64,000 bases of DNA. Origin: an uncultured Gemmatimonadales bacterium (GTDB taxonomy: Bacteria; Gemmatimonadota; Gemmatimonadetes; Longimicrobiales; RSA9). Location: the NCBI GenBank assembly GCA_963708135.1, contig OY970192.1:32001-96000 (forward strand). The letters run 5' to 3'. Both the position numbers and the translations under genes were made by a program. The notes below the pieces were generated by a model that saw only the letters and a list, made by a program, of their open reading frames with translations, ran no database searches and was not told the DNA's origin. Shown here piece after piece: positions 18,280 through 28,167 of this stretch (position 1 is the stretch's first letter; each line of letters opens with the position of its first letter).

Positions 18280-19442
18280 GGAAGGAACGCTACTCGATGT
18301 TCGCGGTTACGGCGCCCGGGCTGGAGCCGCTCGTGCGCGCCGAGCTGGCTGCGCTCGGCATCCGGGCGGTGGCGGAGCCGGGCGGCGTGTCGTGGCGCGG
18401 TCCGCGCGCGGAGCTCTACGCCGCCAACCTGCGCCTGCGCAGCGCGAGCCGCGTGCTGGTCCGGCTCGCCGAGTTCCGGGCGCGCGCCTTCCACGAGCTC
18501 GAGCGCCGCGCCCGCGAGGTGCCCTGGGAGCGCTTCGCGGGCTCCGGCCGGCCGGTCCGGCTGCGGGTGACCAGCCGCCGCTCGAAGCTCTACCACGAGG
18601 GCGCGATCGCCGAGCGGCTGGCCGGCGCGATCGAGGCCGCGGCGGGCGCGTCGCCCGCGGCCGCGGCAGCGCCGTCCGGGGACGAGGAGGAGGATTCGCC
18701 AGGCGACGAGGAGGCGCAGCTCCTCGTGGTCCGCTTCCTCCACGACCGCTGCACGATCAGCGTGGATGCGTCGGGCGCGCCGCTGCACCGGCGCGGCTAC
18801 CGGCAGGCGCTCGGGAGGGCGCCGCTCCGCGAGACGCTGGCCGCGGCCATGCTCCTGGCGGCCGGCTGGCCGGGCGATGCGCCGCTCCTGGACCCGCTCT
18901 GCGGCGCGGGCACGATCCCGATCGAGGCCGCGCTCCTCGGCCGCCGCATCGCGCCGGGCCTGGCGGGAGGCGAGCCCCGGCGCTACGCCTTCGAGGCGTG
19001 GCCGGAGCACTCGGCGGCAGCGTGGGACGATGTGGTGGCGCGGGCGCGCGAGGATATCCTGCCGGCGGCGCCCGCGCCGGTGCTCGGTTCCGACCGCGAC
19101 GCGGGCGCGGTGGCGGCGGCACGGGCGAACGCCGGGCGCGCGGGCGTAGCCGCGGACGTGGAGCTCTCGGTCCGCGCCCTCACCGCCGTCGAGCCGCCGG
19201 CGGGCCCCGGCTGGCTGGTCACGAATCCGCCGTACGGCCGGCGCGTGGGCGATGCGCACGCGCTCCGCGACCTGTACGCCGCGCTCGGCAACCTGGCGCG
19301 CGCCCGGCTGGTCGGCTGGACGGTGGCGCTGCTCTCCGCCGACCGGCGGCTTTCGGGCCAGGCGCGGCTCGCGCTCGACGAGCGCTCGAGGACGCGGAAC
19401 GGTCCCATCCCGGTCCGCATCCTGGTGGGGACGGTCTCGTGA
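18276..19442 (+). CDS. THUMP-domain class I SAM-dependent RNA methyltransferase (RlmL-like)
   Basis: LHRRGYR, APLRETLAAA, DPLCGAGTIPIEA, NPPYG. Confidence 0.9.
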   Translation: MRKERYSMFAVTAPGLEPLVRAELAALGIRAVAEPGGVSWRGPRAELYAANLRLRSASRVLVRLAEFRARAFHELERRAREVPWERFAGSGRPVRLRVTSRRSKLYHEGAIAERLAGAIEAAAGASPAAAAAPSGDEEEDSPGDEEAQLLVVRFLHDRCTISVDASGAPLHRRGYRQALGRAPLRETLAAAMLLAAGWPGDAPLLDPLCGAGTIPIEAALLGRRIAPGLAGGEPRRYAFEAWPEHSAAAWDDVVARAREDILPAAPAPVLGSDRDAGAVAAARANAGRAGVAADVELSVRALTAVEPPAGPGWLVTNPPYGRRVGDAHALRDLYAALGNLARARLVGWTVALLSADRRLSGQARLALDERSRTRNGPIPVRILVGTVS

Positions 19443-19462
19443 ACCAACACGCGGAGGCGATC

Positions 19463-19678
19463 ATGCGGCGGCTCCTACTGCTCCTTCCGGCGCTGCTGGC
19501 GCTTTCCTGCACCGGCGGGGGCCGCGCCGGCGCCACGCCCCCCGACACGGTGAGCAGGTTGAAGGCGGACAGCGCCCTCGGCCGCTCGGGGCTGCCCGGC
19601 GCGAAGGGCGTGTTCAACGCCATGGACGCGGCGGATTCCTTGAACAAGCACAACGAGCTGTACGACACGATCCACTGA
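19463..19678 (+). CDS. Small hypothetical lipoprotein
   Basis: GGAGG SD; MRRLLLLLPALLALSC lipobox; SGLPGAKGV. Confidence 0.7.
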   Translation: MRRLLLLLPALLALSCTGGGRAGATPPDTVSRLKADSALGRSGLPGAKGVFNAMDAADSLNKHNELYDTIH

Positions 19679-19693
19679 AACGGGAGGCGCGCG

Positions 19694-20425
19694 ATGAGCA
19701 GTCCCGGACGGATCATGCTGGCCGAGGCGATCGGCACGTTCGCCCTCATCTTCATCGGTGTCCTCTCGATCTCGGCGGGGCCGTTCGTGGGCGCGCCGGG
19801 CGCACCGAGCCTGGCCACGATCGCGTTCGCGCACGGCCTGACGATCGCCGTCATGGTGGCCGCGCTCGGCCAGGTCTCCGGCGGCCACTTCAACCCTGCC
19901 GTGACCTTCGGCTTCGTGGTGACGGGACGCCTCGCCCCGGGCATGGGCGCGCTCTACTGGATCGCCCAGCTCGCCGGCGCCACCGCGGCCGGCTTCGCCG
20001 TTGTGGCCATCGCCGGCACCGCCACTGTCGCCACGGGGACGCCCGCGCTCGGCACGGCGGTGAGTCCCGGGATGGCGATCGCGCTCGAGGCGGTCGGCAC
20101 CTTCTTCCTCGTGCTCGTGATCTTCGGCACGGCCGTCGACGAGAGGGCGCCGCGCTCGGTCTATCCGCTCGCCATCGGCCTCACCATCACGCTCGACATC
20201 ATGGCCATCGGCCCGATGACGGGCGGGGCGGTGAACCCGGCGCGCTCCCTCGGCCCGGCGCTCGCCTCGGGCCACTGGGCGGCCGAGTGGGTCTACTGGG
20301 TCGGCCCGCTCCTGGGCGGCGGCGCGGGGGCGCTGGTCGAGCACCTGTTCCTGATCGAGGGCGCGCCCAGCCCCGAAACGGCCGCGCGCGGCGGCCCCGC
20401 CCCCGCAGAGGAGCGCGAGGGCTGA
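19694..20425 (+). CDS. MIP family channel (aquaporin)
   Basis: SGGHFNPAVT and AVNPARS (two NPA motifs); WVYWVGP. Confidence 0.95.
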   Translation: MSSPGRIMLAEAIGTFALIFIGVLSISAGPFVGAPGAPSLATIAFAHGLTIAVMVAALGQVSGGHFNPAVTFGFVVTGRLAPGMGALYWIAQLAGATAAGFAVVAIAGTATVATGTPALGTAVSPGMAIALEAVGTFFLVLVIFGTAVDERAPRSVYPLAIGLTITLDIMAIGPMTGGAVNPARSLGPALASGHWAAEWVYWVGPLLGGGAGALVEHLFLIEGAPSPETAARGGPAPAEEREG

Positions 20426-20451
20426 GCCGGGCCGCGCCGGGCGGAGTCGCC

Positions 20452-21117
20452 ATGCCGCCGGAGAAGACGCTCTCGCCGGATGCGGCGCGCGCCTATTACG
20501 ACCGCTTCGGCGCCAGGCAGGACGCGCAGGGCTTCTACGAGGATCCGGCGCTCGATGCGCTCGTCGCCCGCGGGGCGTTCGAGCGGGCGGACGCCGTCTT
20601 CGAGCTCGGCTGCGGGACGGCGCGCCTGGCCGCGCGACTGCTGGATGGCGTGCTGCCCGCCCACGCGCACTACCTCGGCACCGACACGAGCGCTACCATG
20701 CTCCGGCTGGCGCGCGACCGGCTGGCACCCTGGCGGCAGCGGGCGCGTGTCGAGGAGGCCGGGCCCGAGCCGACCGTGCCCGCCGGCGACGCCGCCTTCG
20801 ACCGGTTCGTCTCGACGTACGTGCTCGACCTGCTGCCGGACGCCGCCATCGCGAGGGCACTGGCCGAGGCGCACCGCGTACTCGTGCCCGGCGGCCTCCT
20901 CTGCCTGGCGAGCATCACGCCGGGGATCGGGCCGCTGTCCCGGCTCGTCATGGCCGTCTGGGCCGCCGTCGCCCGGCGACGCCCGGCCTGGGTGGGCGGC
21001 TGCCGCCCGATCGAGCTCGCGGCGCGACTCGCGCCGGAGCGCTGGAACGTGGAGCACAGGTCCGTCGTGACGCCGTGGGGCGTGAGCTCCGAGGTCGTCG
21101 TGGCGCGGCGGACGTGA
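20452..21117 (+). CDS. Class I SAM-dependent methyltransferase
   Basis: [33 protein letters not shown]. Confidence 0.88.
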   Translation: MPPEKTLSPDAARAYYDRFGARQDAQGFYEDPALDALVARGAFERADAVFELGCGTARLAARLLDGVLPAHAHYLGTDTSATMLRLARDRLAPWRQRARVEEAGPEPTVPAGDAAFDRFVSTYVLDLLPDAAIARALAEAHRVLVPGGLLCLASITPGIGPLSRLVMAVWAAVARRRPAWVGGCRPIELAARLAPERWNVEHRSVVTPWGVSSEVVVARRT

Positions 21118-21151
21118 CGTCGCCTTCATTCGCCGCACGGAGCTTCGAGGC

Positions 21152-21871
21152 ATGAGCGAGCCCCGCTTCATCCCGCTGGCCACCTGGGTCGAGCGGCCGC
21201 CGGAGGAGATGCGGCGGCGCGCTGCCGCGTTCGCCGAGCGCATGCGGCGGCGCCGCACCGTGCGCGATTTCTCCGACCGGCCGATCCCTCCGGGCGTGGT
21301 CGAGGACTGCCTGCGCGCGGCCGCCACGGCGCCGAGCGGCGCGAACATGCAGCCGTGGCGCTTCGTCGTCGTGACCGATGCGGGGGTCAGGCGGCGGATC
21401 CGGCAAGCCGCGGAGGAGGAGGAGCGGGCGTTCTACCGCGAGAAGGCGCCGCCCGAGTGGCTCGAGGCGCTGGCGCCGCTCGGCACGGACGAGAGGAAGC
21501 CGTTCCTCGACACCGCGCCCTGCCTCATCGCCATCTTCGTGCAGCGCTACGGGCTGCTGCCCGATGGGCGACAGGTGAAGCACTACTACGCGACGGAGTC
21601 CGTGGGCATCGCCACCGGATTCCTCATCGCCGGGCTGCACGAGGCCGGACTCGCCACGCTGACCCACACGCCCAGCCCGATGGATTTTCTGAACGAGATC
21701 CTCGGCCGGCCGCGCAACGAGCGGCCGTTCCTGCTGCTCGTGGTCGGATATCCCGCCGACGGGGCGAAGGTGCCGGACATTGGCAGGAAGCCGCTCGAGG
21801 AGGTTGCGACGTTCATCGGGCTCGAGGGTGAGGGAGAGTTTGAGGGTGAGGATTGGGATAGGGGTGAGTGA
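21152..21871 (+). CDS. Nitroreductase family, iodotyrosine deiodinase-like
   Basis: [43 protein letters not shown]. Confidence 0.88.
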   Translation: MSEPRFIPLATWVERPPEEMRRRAAAFAERMRRRRTVRDFSDRPIPPGVVEDCLRAAATAPSGANMQPWRFVVVTDAGVRRRIRQAAEEEERAFYREKAPPEWLEALAPLGTDERKPFLDTAPCLIAIFVQRYGLLPDGRQVKHYYATESVGIATGFLIAGLHEAGLATLTHTPSPMDFLNEILGRPRNERPFLLLVVGYPADGAKVPDIGRKPLEEVATFIGLEGEGEFEGEDWDRGE

Positions 21872-21935
21872 GGGAGGGGGAGAGGGTGAGGGGGCCGCGG
21901 CGCTGAATCCTACCAGTCGGACGGGAGATGAGAGA

Positions 21936-22304
21936 ATGGAGCGCGCGACGCACTACCGCTGGGACGAGATGGCGAAGGAGGAGCTCACGCCGCTGCTCGG
22001 GCGGCGGCTCATCACGGGTGAGCGCATGATGCTGGCGCACGTGTACCTGAAGAAGGGATGCGTCGTCCCGAAGCACGCGCACGATAACGAGCAGCTGACC
22101 TACATCCTCGAGGGCGCGCTCCGGTTCCGGCTGGGCGAGGATGGCGCGGAGGAGGTGGTGGTGGGAGCGGGCGAGGTGTTGCACATCCCATCCAACCTGC
22201 CGCACGAGGCGGTGGCCATCGAGGACACGCTGGACGTGGACGTGTTCAGCCCGCCGCGCCAGGACTGGCTCGACAAGAGCGACGCCTACCTGCGCGGGAA
22301 GTAG
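21936..22304 (+). CDS. Cupin domain protein
   Basis: PKHAHDNEQ..IPSNLPHE..DVFSPPRQDW. Confidence 0.9.
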   Translation: MERATHYRWDEMAKEELTPLLGRRLITGERMMLAHVYLKKGCVVPKHAHDNEQLTYILEGALRFRLGEDGAEEVVVGAGEVLHIPSNLPHEAVAIEDTLDVDVFSPPRQDWLDKSDAYLRGK

Positions 22305-22315
22305 GAGGAGCGGCG

Positions 22316-23107
22316 ATGGACTTCGGACTGAAGGGGCGCGTCGCGCTGGTCGCGGCGTCGAGCAAGGGGCTGGGACGCGCGGTCGCGGAGGAGCTGGCGG
22401 CCGAGGGTGCATCGCTCATCCTCAATGCGCGTGGCGCGGAGGAGCTCGAGGCCACCCGCGCGGCGATCGCCGGGGCGAGCGGGGTGGACGTGATCGCCGT
22501 GGCGGCCGACCTCTCGACCCTGGAGGGCGTGCGCGCGCTGACGGACGCCGCGCTGGCTCGCTTCGGCCGCGTGGACATCCTGGTCAACAACGCGGGCGGG
22601 CCGCCGGCGGGGCCGTTCGAGAGCCTCGCGCCGGAGGCGTGGGAGCAGGCGTTCCGGCTCACGCTGCGCAGCGCGGTCGAGCTGACGCGCGCGGTGCTGC
22701 CCGGGATGAAGGAGCGGCGCTGGGGCCGGATCGTCAACATCACCTCGATCACGGTCAAGCAGCCGGTCGAGAACCTGATGCTCTCGAACAGCCTGCGCGC
22801 CGCCGTCACCGGCTTCGCCAAGACGCTGTCCAACGAGGTGGCGTCCGTCGGGGTCACGGTGAACAACGTGCTCCCCGGCTACACCCGCACGGACCGCCTC
22901 GTCGAGCTGGCGGAGAAGACGGCGCGCGACCGCGGCATCGCGCCCGAGCAGGTGAGCAGCCGCTGGACCGAGACCACGCCGGCCGGCCGGCTCGGCGAGC
23001 CGCGCGAGATCGCGGCCGTCGTCGCCTTCCTGGCGTCCGAGCGCGCGAGCTACGTGAACGGCGCCTCGCTGCCCGCGGACGGCGGGTGGATCCGGGCGCT
23101 CTACTGA
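22316..23107 (+). CDS. SDR family oxidoreductase
   Basis: AASSKGLG, NNAGGP, SNSLR variant of the active-site motif, PGYTRT. Confidence 0.92.
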   Translation: MDFGLKGRVALVAASSKGLGRAVAEELAAEGASLILNARGAEELEATRAAIAGASGVDVIAVAADLSTLEGVRALTDAALARFGRVDILVNNAGGPPAGPFESLAPEAWEQAFRLTLRSAVELTRAVLPGMKERRWGRIVNITSITVKQPVENLMLSNSLRAAVTGFAKTLSNEVASVGVTVNNVLPGYTRTDRLVELAEKTARDRGIAPEQVSSRWTETTPAGRLGEPREIAAVVAFLASERASYVNGASLPADGGWIRALY

Positions 23108-23121
23108 CGGGAGATGCCGCC

Positions 23122-23451
23122 GTGCCCGATGAGCCCGGCGTTCCCGCCGCCGCCGGTGCCGCGCCCGGCGCCGTGCGCCGCTCGCGCGCCGAGCGCTGGG
23201 CGATGGCGGGCATCACGATCGAGTTCATGGCCCTCGTCCGCACGCTGTCGGAGGTGTTCCGGCTGCGCGCCGTCGGCGGCGCCTTCGATCTCGCCGGCGC
23301 CCTGCCATACGTGACGGGCGCGCTCATCGCGGCGGTGTTCTGCTGGGCATCCGTCACGCTCTTCTTCCTGCGCCGCTACCGCACGGCGGCGCTCCTCTCC
23401 GCCGCCCTGGTGGCCGTGCTCCTCGCCTACAAGTTCGTCTGGATGCGCTGA
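23122..23451 (+). CDS. Small hypothetical membrane protein
   Basis: Three hydrophobic segments; start uncertain. Confidence 0.6.
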   Translation: MPDEPGVPAAAGAAPGAVRRSRAERWAMAGITIEFMALVRTLSEVFRLRAVGGAFDLAGALPYVTGALIAAVFCWASVTLFFLRRYRTAALLSAALVAVLLAYKFVWMR

Positions 23452-23487
23452 GCGGGGACCCGGGTCGGGGACGCCCGCGACGCGGCG

Positions 23488-23516
23488 TGTCGATTCGCGC
23501 GGGCCTCGTTCGTCGC
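23488..23516 (+). promoter_or_regulatory. ECF42-type promoter upstream of yciI-doxX
   Basis: TGTCGA-N17-CGTC; flanks match the site at 25075. Confidence 0.75.
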
Positions 23517-23599
23517 GTGAGTGGAGCCGGGATGAGAACCGCGGCCGGAAGCCGCCGCGCGAACCCCGGCCTGGAACCCGAACGGGAAGGAGATCCCCC

Positions 23600-24025
23600 A
23601 TGCGATTCCTGGTGATCGTCAAGGCCAACGAGGCCAGCGAGGCCGGCGTGCTGCCGAGCACCGAGATCATCGAGAAGATGGGCCGGTACAACGAGGAGCT
23701 GGTCAAGGCCGGCGTCATGCTCGCGGCGGAGGGGCTGCAGCCGAGCTCGAAGGGCGCGCGCGTGAAGTTCGAGGGCGGGAAGAAGACCGTGACCGACGGG
23801 CCGTTCGCCGAGACCAAGGAGCTCGTCGCCGGGTTCTGGCTGTGGCAGTGCCGCTCCTTCGACGAGGCGCTCGAGTGGCTGAAGCGCGCGCCGTTCGGCG
23901 GCGGCACGGAGGTCGAGCTCCGGCCGGTCTTCGAGCCGGAGGACTTCGGCGAGAACCTCACGCCGGAGCAGCGCGAGCGCGAGGAGCGGCTGCGCGCTCA
24001 GGTCAACGACAGCCTGCGGGGCTGA
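23600..24025 (+). CDS. YciI/DGPF family protein
   Basis: DGPFAETKELVAGFW. Confidence 0.95.
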   Translation: MRFLVIVKANEASEAGVLPSTEIIEKMGRYNEELVKAGVMLAAEGLQPSSKGARVKFEGGKKTVTDGPFAETKELVAGFWLWQCRSFDEALEWLKRAPFGGGTEVELRPVFEPEDFGENLTPEQREREERLRAQVNDSLRG

Positions 24026-24049
24026 CCCCCCACGGAAAGGAGATCTCCC

Positions 24050-24475
24050 ATGACCACGGCAGCCGTTCGGCCCGCAGTCCCGCCCCTTCCGGTCTCGCGC
24101 GGGAGGCTCTGGACCGGCCGCACTCTGAGCGCGATCGCGATCCTGTTCCTCCTCATGGATGCGACGATCCACGTGCTTCGGATCCAGGCGGTGGCGGAGG
24201 CCTTCGACCGGCTCGGCGTTCCGCTCGGCCTGGCCCTCGCCATCGGCGTGCTCGAGCTGGCGTGCGTGCTCGTCTACGCGTTGCCGCGCACCGCCGTCGT
24301 GGGGGCCGTCCTGCTGACCGGCTATCTCGGCGGCGCAGTCGCCATCCAGCTGCGGGCCGGAAGTCCGCTGTTCGCGGAGACGCTGTTTCCGGTGTACGTG
24401 GGCGTGCTGGTCTGGGGTGGGCTGCTCCTGCGGCGGCCGGGACTCCTGGACGCGGCGTTTCCACCGCGGGCCTGA
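24050..24475 (+). CDS. DoxX family membrane protein
   Basis: IGVLEL..PRTAVVGAVLLTGYLGGAVA. Confidence 0.9.
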   Translation: MTTAAVRPAVPPLPVSRGRLWTGRTLSAIAILFLLMDATIHVLRIQAVAEAFDRLGVPLGLALAIGVLELACVLVYALPRTAVVGAVLLTGYLGGAVAIQLRAGSPLFAETLFPVYVGVLVWGGLLLRRPGLLDAAFPPRA

Positions 24476-24487
24476 GGCCCGCCGCCG

Positions 24488-24910
24488 TCAGGTCCCGCCA
24501 GTGGTCTCCGGCGCCTGCATGCTGTCCCAGCCAAGCGAGCGCGCCAGGTGGCAGGCCGGCGCCACCTCGCGGATCTCCACGCTCATGCCGTGCTCGAGGC
24601 TCGGGCAGGCGCGCGCGATCGCCGTCGCCTCGTCCAGCGTGAGGCCGGTCAGCAGGAAGTAGCCGCCCACGAGCTCCTTAGCCTCGCTGAACGGGCCATC
24701 CGTGACCCTCTCGCCGCGCGCGCCGGAGACCAGCCGGCCGGCATCCTCCAGCGGCTTGCCGTCCTGGAGGTTGCCGCGCGCGGCCATCGCATCGACCCAG
24801 CCGTTCCAGTGGTCGAGGCACTCCCGCCGCTCCTCGGCCGACATGGCGGCGTAGACCTCGGGCGTGGTCTCGCGGACCAGCAGCAGGTAGTCGGAGGCGT
24901 TCGCGCTCAT
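24488..24910 (-). CDS. YciI/DGPF family protein
   Basis: DGPFSEAKELVGGYF, ARACP, VEIRE. Confidence 0.92.
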   Translation of the reverse strand: MSANASDYLLLVRETTPEVYAAMSAEERRECLDHWNGWVDAMAARGNLQDGKPLEDAGRLVSGARGERVTDGPFSEAKELVGGYFLLTGLTLDEATAIARACPSLEHGMSVEIREVAPACHLARSLGWDSMQAPETTGGT

Positions 24911-25074
24911 TGCATACCCTCCCGGACAGGGGCTCGGAGAAATCCCGGTCCCGACGAGTGAAAATGTCCGCTGCGGCCCCGCCGCTTCGCCTGGTCCGGA
25001 CGCGGTCGGGGACGCGAGAATGCGACGCGAGCGCCGCCGGCGTCAAGGGGCGGGACGAGCGGCTGGTCCGCCCC

Positions 25075-25103
25075 TGTCGATTTCCGCCCTCCCTGTTCGT
25101 CGC
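25075..25103 (+). promoter_or_regulatory. ECF42-type promoter upstream of doxX-sigma
   Basis: TGTCGATT-N12-GTTCGTCGC, same as at 23488. Confidence 0.75.
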
Positions 25104-25179
25104 ACTGGTAGAGGCCGGAAACGACCGCGGCGAGCGCCGCGGAATCGCCCCGGCCGACACCCGAGCCGGGGAGGCAGTG

Positions 25180-25611
25180 ATGAGCTCGACCCACGCGCAG
25201 CACCCGAAGCCGAACGGCGCCCTGCTCTGGGGCCTGCAGGCCCTGCTCGCCACCGTGTTCCTCCTGGCCGGCGGGATGAAGCTTTTCCTGCCCGCCGCCG
25301 CGCTGGCGCAGCAGACGCCCGTGCCGGTTGCGTTCCTCCGCTCCATCGGCGCCTGCGAGGTGCTGGACGCCCTCGGGCTGGTGCTCCCGGGCCTCCTCCG
25401 CATCCGGACGGAGCTGACCTCGCGCGCGGCCGGCGGTCTCGTCATCATCATGATCGGCGCGACCGGTGCCACCGTGGCGACCGGCGCCCTGCTGCCGGCG
25501 CTCGTGCCGCTGGTGCTCGCGCTGCTGGCCGGGACCGTGGCGCGTGGCCGGTGGGGCTGGGCGCCGGCGCCTCGCGGCACGCACCACGCCGTGCTCCACC
25601 CCGCCCGGTGA
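25180..25611 (+). CDS. DoxX family membrane protein
   Basis: LWGLQALLATVFLLAGGMK..IGACEVL..GLVLPG. Confidence 0.85.
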   Translation: MSSTHAQHPKPNGALLWGLQALLATVFLLAGGMKLFLPAAALAQQTPVPVAFLRSIGACEVLDALGLVLPGLLRIRTELTSRAAGGLVIIMIGATGATVATGALLPALVPLVLALLAGTVARGRWGWAPAPRGTHHAVLHPAR

Positions 25612-25806
25612 GCGCCGGCCGCCGCACACGCCGGGGCCGACCCGCCGCCCCGACCCGACCCGCACGGGAGGGAGGTGCCTCATGATCGACACGCCATGCC
25701 TCGTCGAGAGCGGGCGCACGGGCGAGTGGCCGCGGCCGACCGTGGTCCGGACCGGCCGGCTCGCCCGCCGCGGGGGCGCCGGTGCGGGCCCGGCGGGGTG
25801 GCGGTA

Positions 25807-27060
25807 GTGTCGGATGTCGGCCGCGCAATCGATGCGGTCTGGCGCATCGAGTCGGGCCGGGTCATTGCCCGGATCGCGCGCATGGTCGGCGACATCGGAC
25901 TTGCCGAGGACCTGGCGCAGGACGCGCTCGTCGCCGCGCTCGAGCGCTGGCCGGTCTCGGGGATCCCCGACAACCCGGGCGCGTGGCTCACGGCCACGGC
26001 GCGCCACCGCGCGCTCGACCGCCTGCGCCGCGACAAGCTGCTCGAGCGCAAGCACGCGGAGATCGCGCCCGAGCTCGAGGCCAGGCAGGACGACGCCGTG
26101 CCCCAGCTGGACGCCGCCCTCGACGATCCGGTAGGCGACGACATGCTCCGCCTCATCTTCACCGCGTGCCACCCCGTGCTCGCCAGGGAGGCCCGCGTCG
26201 CCCTCACCCTGCGCGTGGTGGGCGGCCTTACCACCGAGGAGATCGCGCGCGCGTTCCTCGTGCCGACGCCCACCATGGCGCAGCGGATCGTGCGCGCCAA
26301 GCGGACGCTGCGCGAGGCCCGGGTGCCGTTCGAGGTGCCGCGCGCCGAGGAGCTCGCCGCCCGCCTCGCCTCGGTCCTCGAGGTGGTCTACCTGATCTTC
26401 AACGAGGGTTACTCGGCCACCGCGGGCGAGGACTGGGTGCGGCCCGCGCTGTGCGAGGACGCGCTCCGGCTGGGCCGCATCCTGGCCGCCCTCGCGCCCG
26501 CGGAGCCGGAGGTCCACGGGCTCGTCGCCCTCATGGAGATCCAGGCCTCCCGGCTGCGGGCGCGGCTCGGGCCGGACGGCGAGCCCGTGCTGCTGCTCGA
26601 CCAGGACCGCGCCCGCTGGGACTGGCTGCTGGTCGGCCGCGGCCTCGCCGCGCTGGAACGCGCCGGAGCCCTTGGCGGCGCGCTCGGGCCCTATGCGCTG
26701 CAGGCCGCCATCGCCGCGTGCCACGCCCGCGCCCGCCGCACGGAGGAGACCGACTGGGCCCGCATGGCCGCCCTCTACGATGCCCTCGCCCAGGTCGCAC
26801 CCTCGCCGATCGTCGAGCTGAACCGCGCCGTCGCCGTATCGCGCGCCTTCGGCCCCGAGGCGGGCCTCGAGATCGTGGACGCGCTCGTGGCCGCCGGCGC
26901 CCTCGAGCGCTACCACCTGCTGCCGGCCGTGCGCGCGGACCTGCTGGCCAGGCTCGGCCGCGCGCAGGAGGCGCGCGCCGAGCTCGAGCGCGCCGCCGCG
27001 CTCACGCAGAACGAGCGCGAGCGGGCGCTGCTGCGCGAGCGGGCGGACGAGCTGGGATAG
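25807..27060 (+). CDS. ECF RNA polymerase sigma factor with TPR/DUF6596 extension (ECF42-like)
   Basis: AEDLAQDA, DDMLRLIFTACHP, GLTTEEIARAFL, YLIFNEGY, GPYALQAAIAACH; flanked by DGPF genes. Start uncertain (25798-25807). Confidence 0.92.
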   Translation: MSDVGRAIDAVWRIESGRVIARIARMVGDIGLAEDLAQDALVAALERWPVSGIPDNPGAWLTATARHRALDRLRRDKLLERKHAEIAPELEARQDDAVPQLDAALDDPVGDDMLRLIFTACHPVLAREARVALTLRVVGGLTTEEIARAFLVPTPTMAQRIVRAKRTLREARVPFEVPRAEELAARLASVLEVVYLIFNEGYSATAGEDWVRPALCEDALRLGRILAALAPAEPEVHGLVALMEIQASRLRARLGPDGEPVLLLDQDRARWDWLLVGRGLAALERAGALGGALGPYALQAAIAACHARARRTEETDWARMAALYDALAQVAPSPIVELNRAVAVSRAFGPEAGLEIVDALVAAGALERYHLLPAVRADLLARLGRAQEARAELERAAALTQNERERALLRERADELG

Positions 27061-27114
27061 CAGCGCGGCGCGGAGCCAGGGTGGGCATGCGGCGTTCGCG
27101 CCCGAATCCTTCGG

Positions 27115-28167
27115 CTACGCGCCGTTCCCCGCCAGCGTCTCCGCCAGGAACCGCGCCGCCTCCGCCTCCGCCCAGAGGACGGGGCGCCAGGGCGTGCCGC
27201 CAATGAAGCCGACGTGGCCGCCCCGCGGCGTGACTACCGCCGTGACGAGCGGGTTGGCGGCCGCGGCCGCGCGCGGGAAGGCGGCAACCGGCAGGAACGG
27301 ATCATCCGCGGCCTGGAGCAGGAGCGTGGGCACGCGGATCCGCTCGACGAAGCCCGCGCAGCTCGAGCGGCGGTAGTAGTCCGCCGCGTCGCGGAAGCCG
27401 TGCAGCGGCGCGGTGGCCGCGTCGTCGAACTCCCGGAAGGTGCGCGCGGCGGCCAGCGCCTCCAGGTCGCAGCGGTCTCGCAGCAGCGCCTCCTTGGCCG
27501 CCGCCTTCTCGCGCAGCGTGCGCAGGAAGAGCGAGGTGTAGAACCGGCCCATGAAGCTCTTCGCCATGAGGTCGGCGCTTCTGGCGAGGTCGTAGGGGAC
27601 GGAGACGGCGGCGGCGGCGGAGAGCGTGCTCGGGGCGGCGTCGCCTTCCTCGCCGAGATACTTGAGCAGGACGTTGCCGCCGAGCGAGAAGCCGATCGCC
27701 CCGAGCGGCGCGTCGGGGAAGCGCTCGCGCAGCCGGGCGAGCACGAAGCGCAGGTCCTCCGTCTCCCCCGAGTGGTAGAAGCGCGCGGTGCGGTTCGGCT
27801 CGCCGCTGCACGAGCGGAAGTTCAGGCCCACGGCGCGCAGCCCGAGGCGAGTCAGCCCGCGGTAGCTGCCGAGCGCGTAGCCGCGGCGGGCCGAACCCTC
27901 GAGCCCGTGCAGCAGCACCACCAGCGGCGCGGCCGGGGCGTCCGGTCCGGCCGCCGTGAAGTCGAGGTCGAGGAAGTCGCCGTCCGGCGTGTCCAGCCGC
28001 TCGCGCCGGAGCGCCACCGGGTCGGCCGGCCGGAGCACCCGCCCGGCGATCGTCTGGGCATGCGGCCCGGGCAGCCATGCGGCCGGGAGGAACGGTCGGG
28101 GCCGGAACGCTTCGGCGCGTGGCCCGCCCAGGGGTGCGCGTTCCCCCGCCCGAGCCCCGCGACTCAC
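27115..28167 (-). CDS. YheT-like alpha/beta hydrolase
   Basis: PDGDFLDLD, LHGLEGS, YHSGET, GFSLGGN, DDPF, GGHVGF. Confidence 0.92.
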   Translation of the reverse strand: MSRGARAGERAPLGGPRAEAFRPRPFLPAAWLPGPHAQTIAGRVLRPADPVALRRERLDTPDGDFLDLDFTAAGPDAPAAPLVVLLHGLEGSARRGYALGSYRGLTRLGLRAVGLNFRSCSGEPNRTARFYHSGETEDLRFVLARLRERFPDAPLGAIGFSLGGNVLLKYLGEEGDAAPSTLSAAAAVSVPYDLARSADLMAKSFMGRFYTSLFLRTLREKAAAKEALLRDRCDLEALAAARTFREFDDAATAPLHGFRDAADYYRRSSCAGFVERIRVPTLLLQAADDPFLPVAAFPRAAAAANPLVTAVVTPRGGHVGFIGGTPWRPVLWAEAEAARFLAETLAGNGA

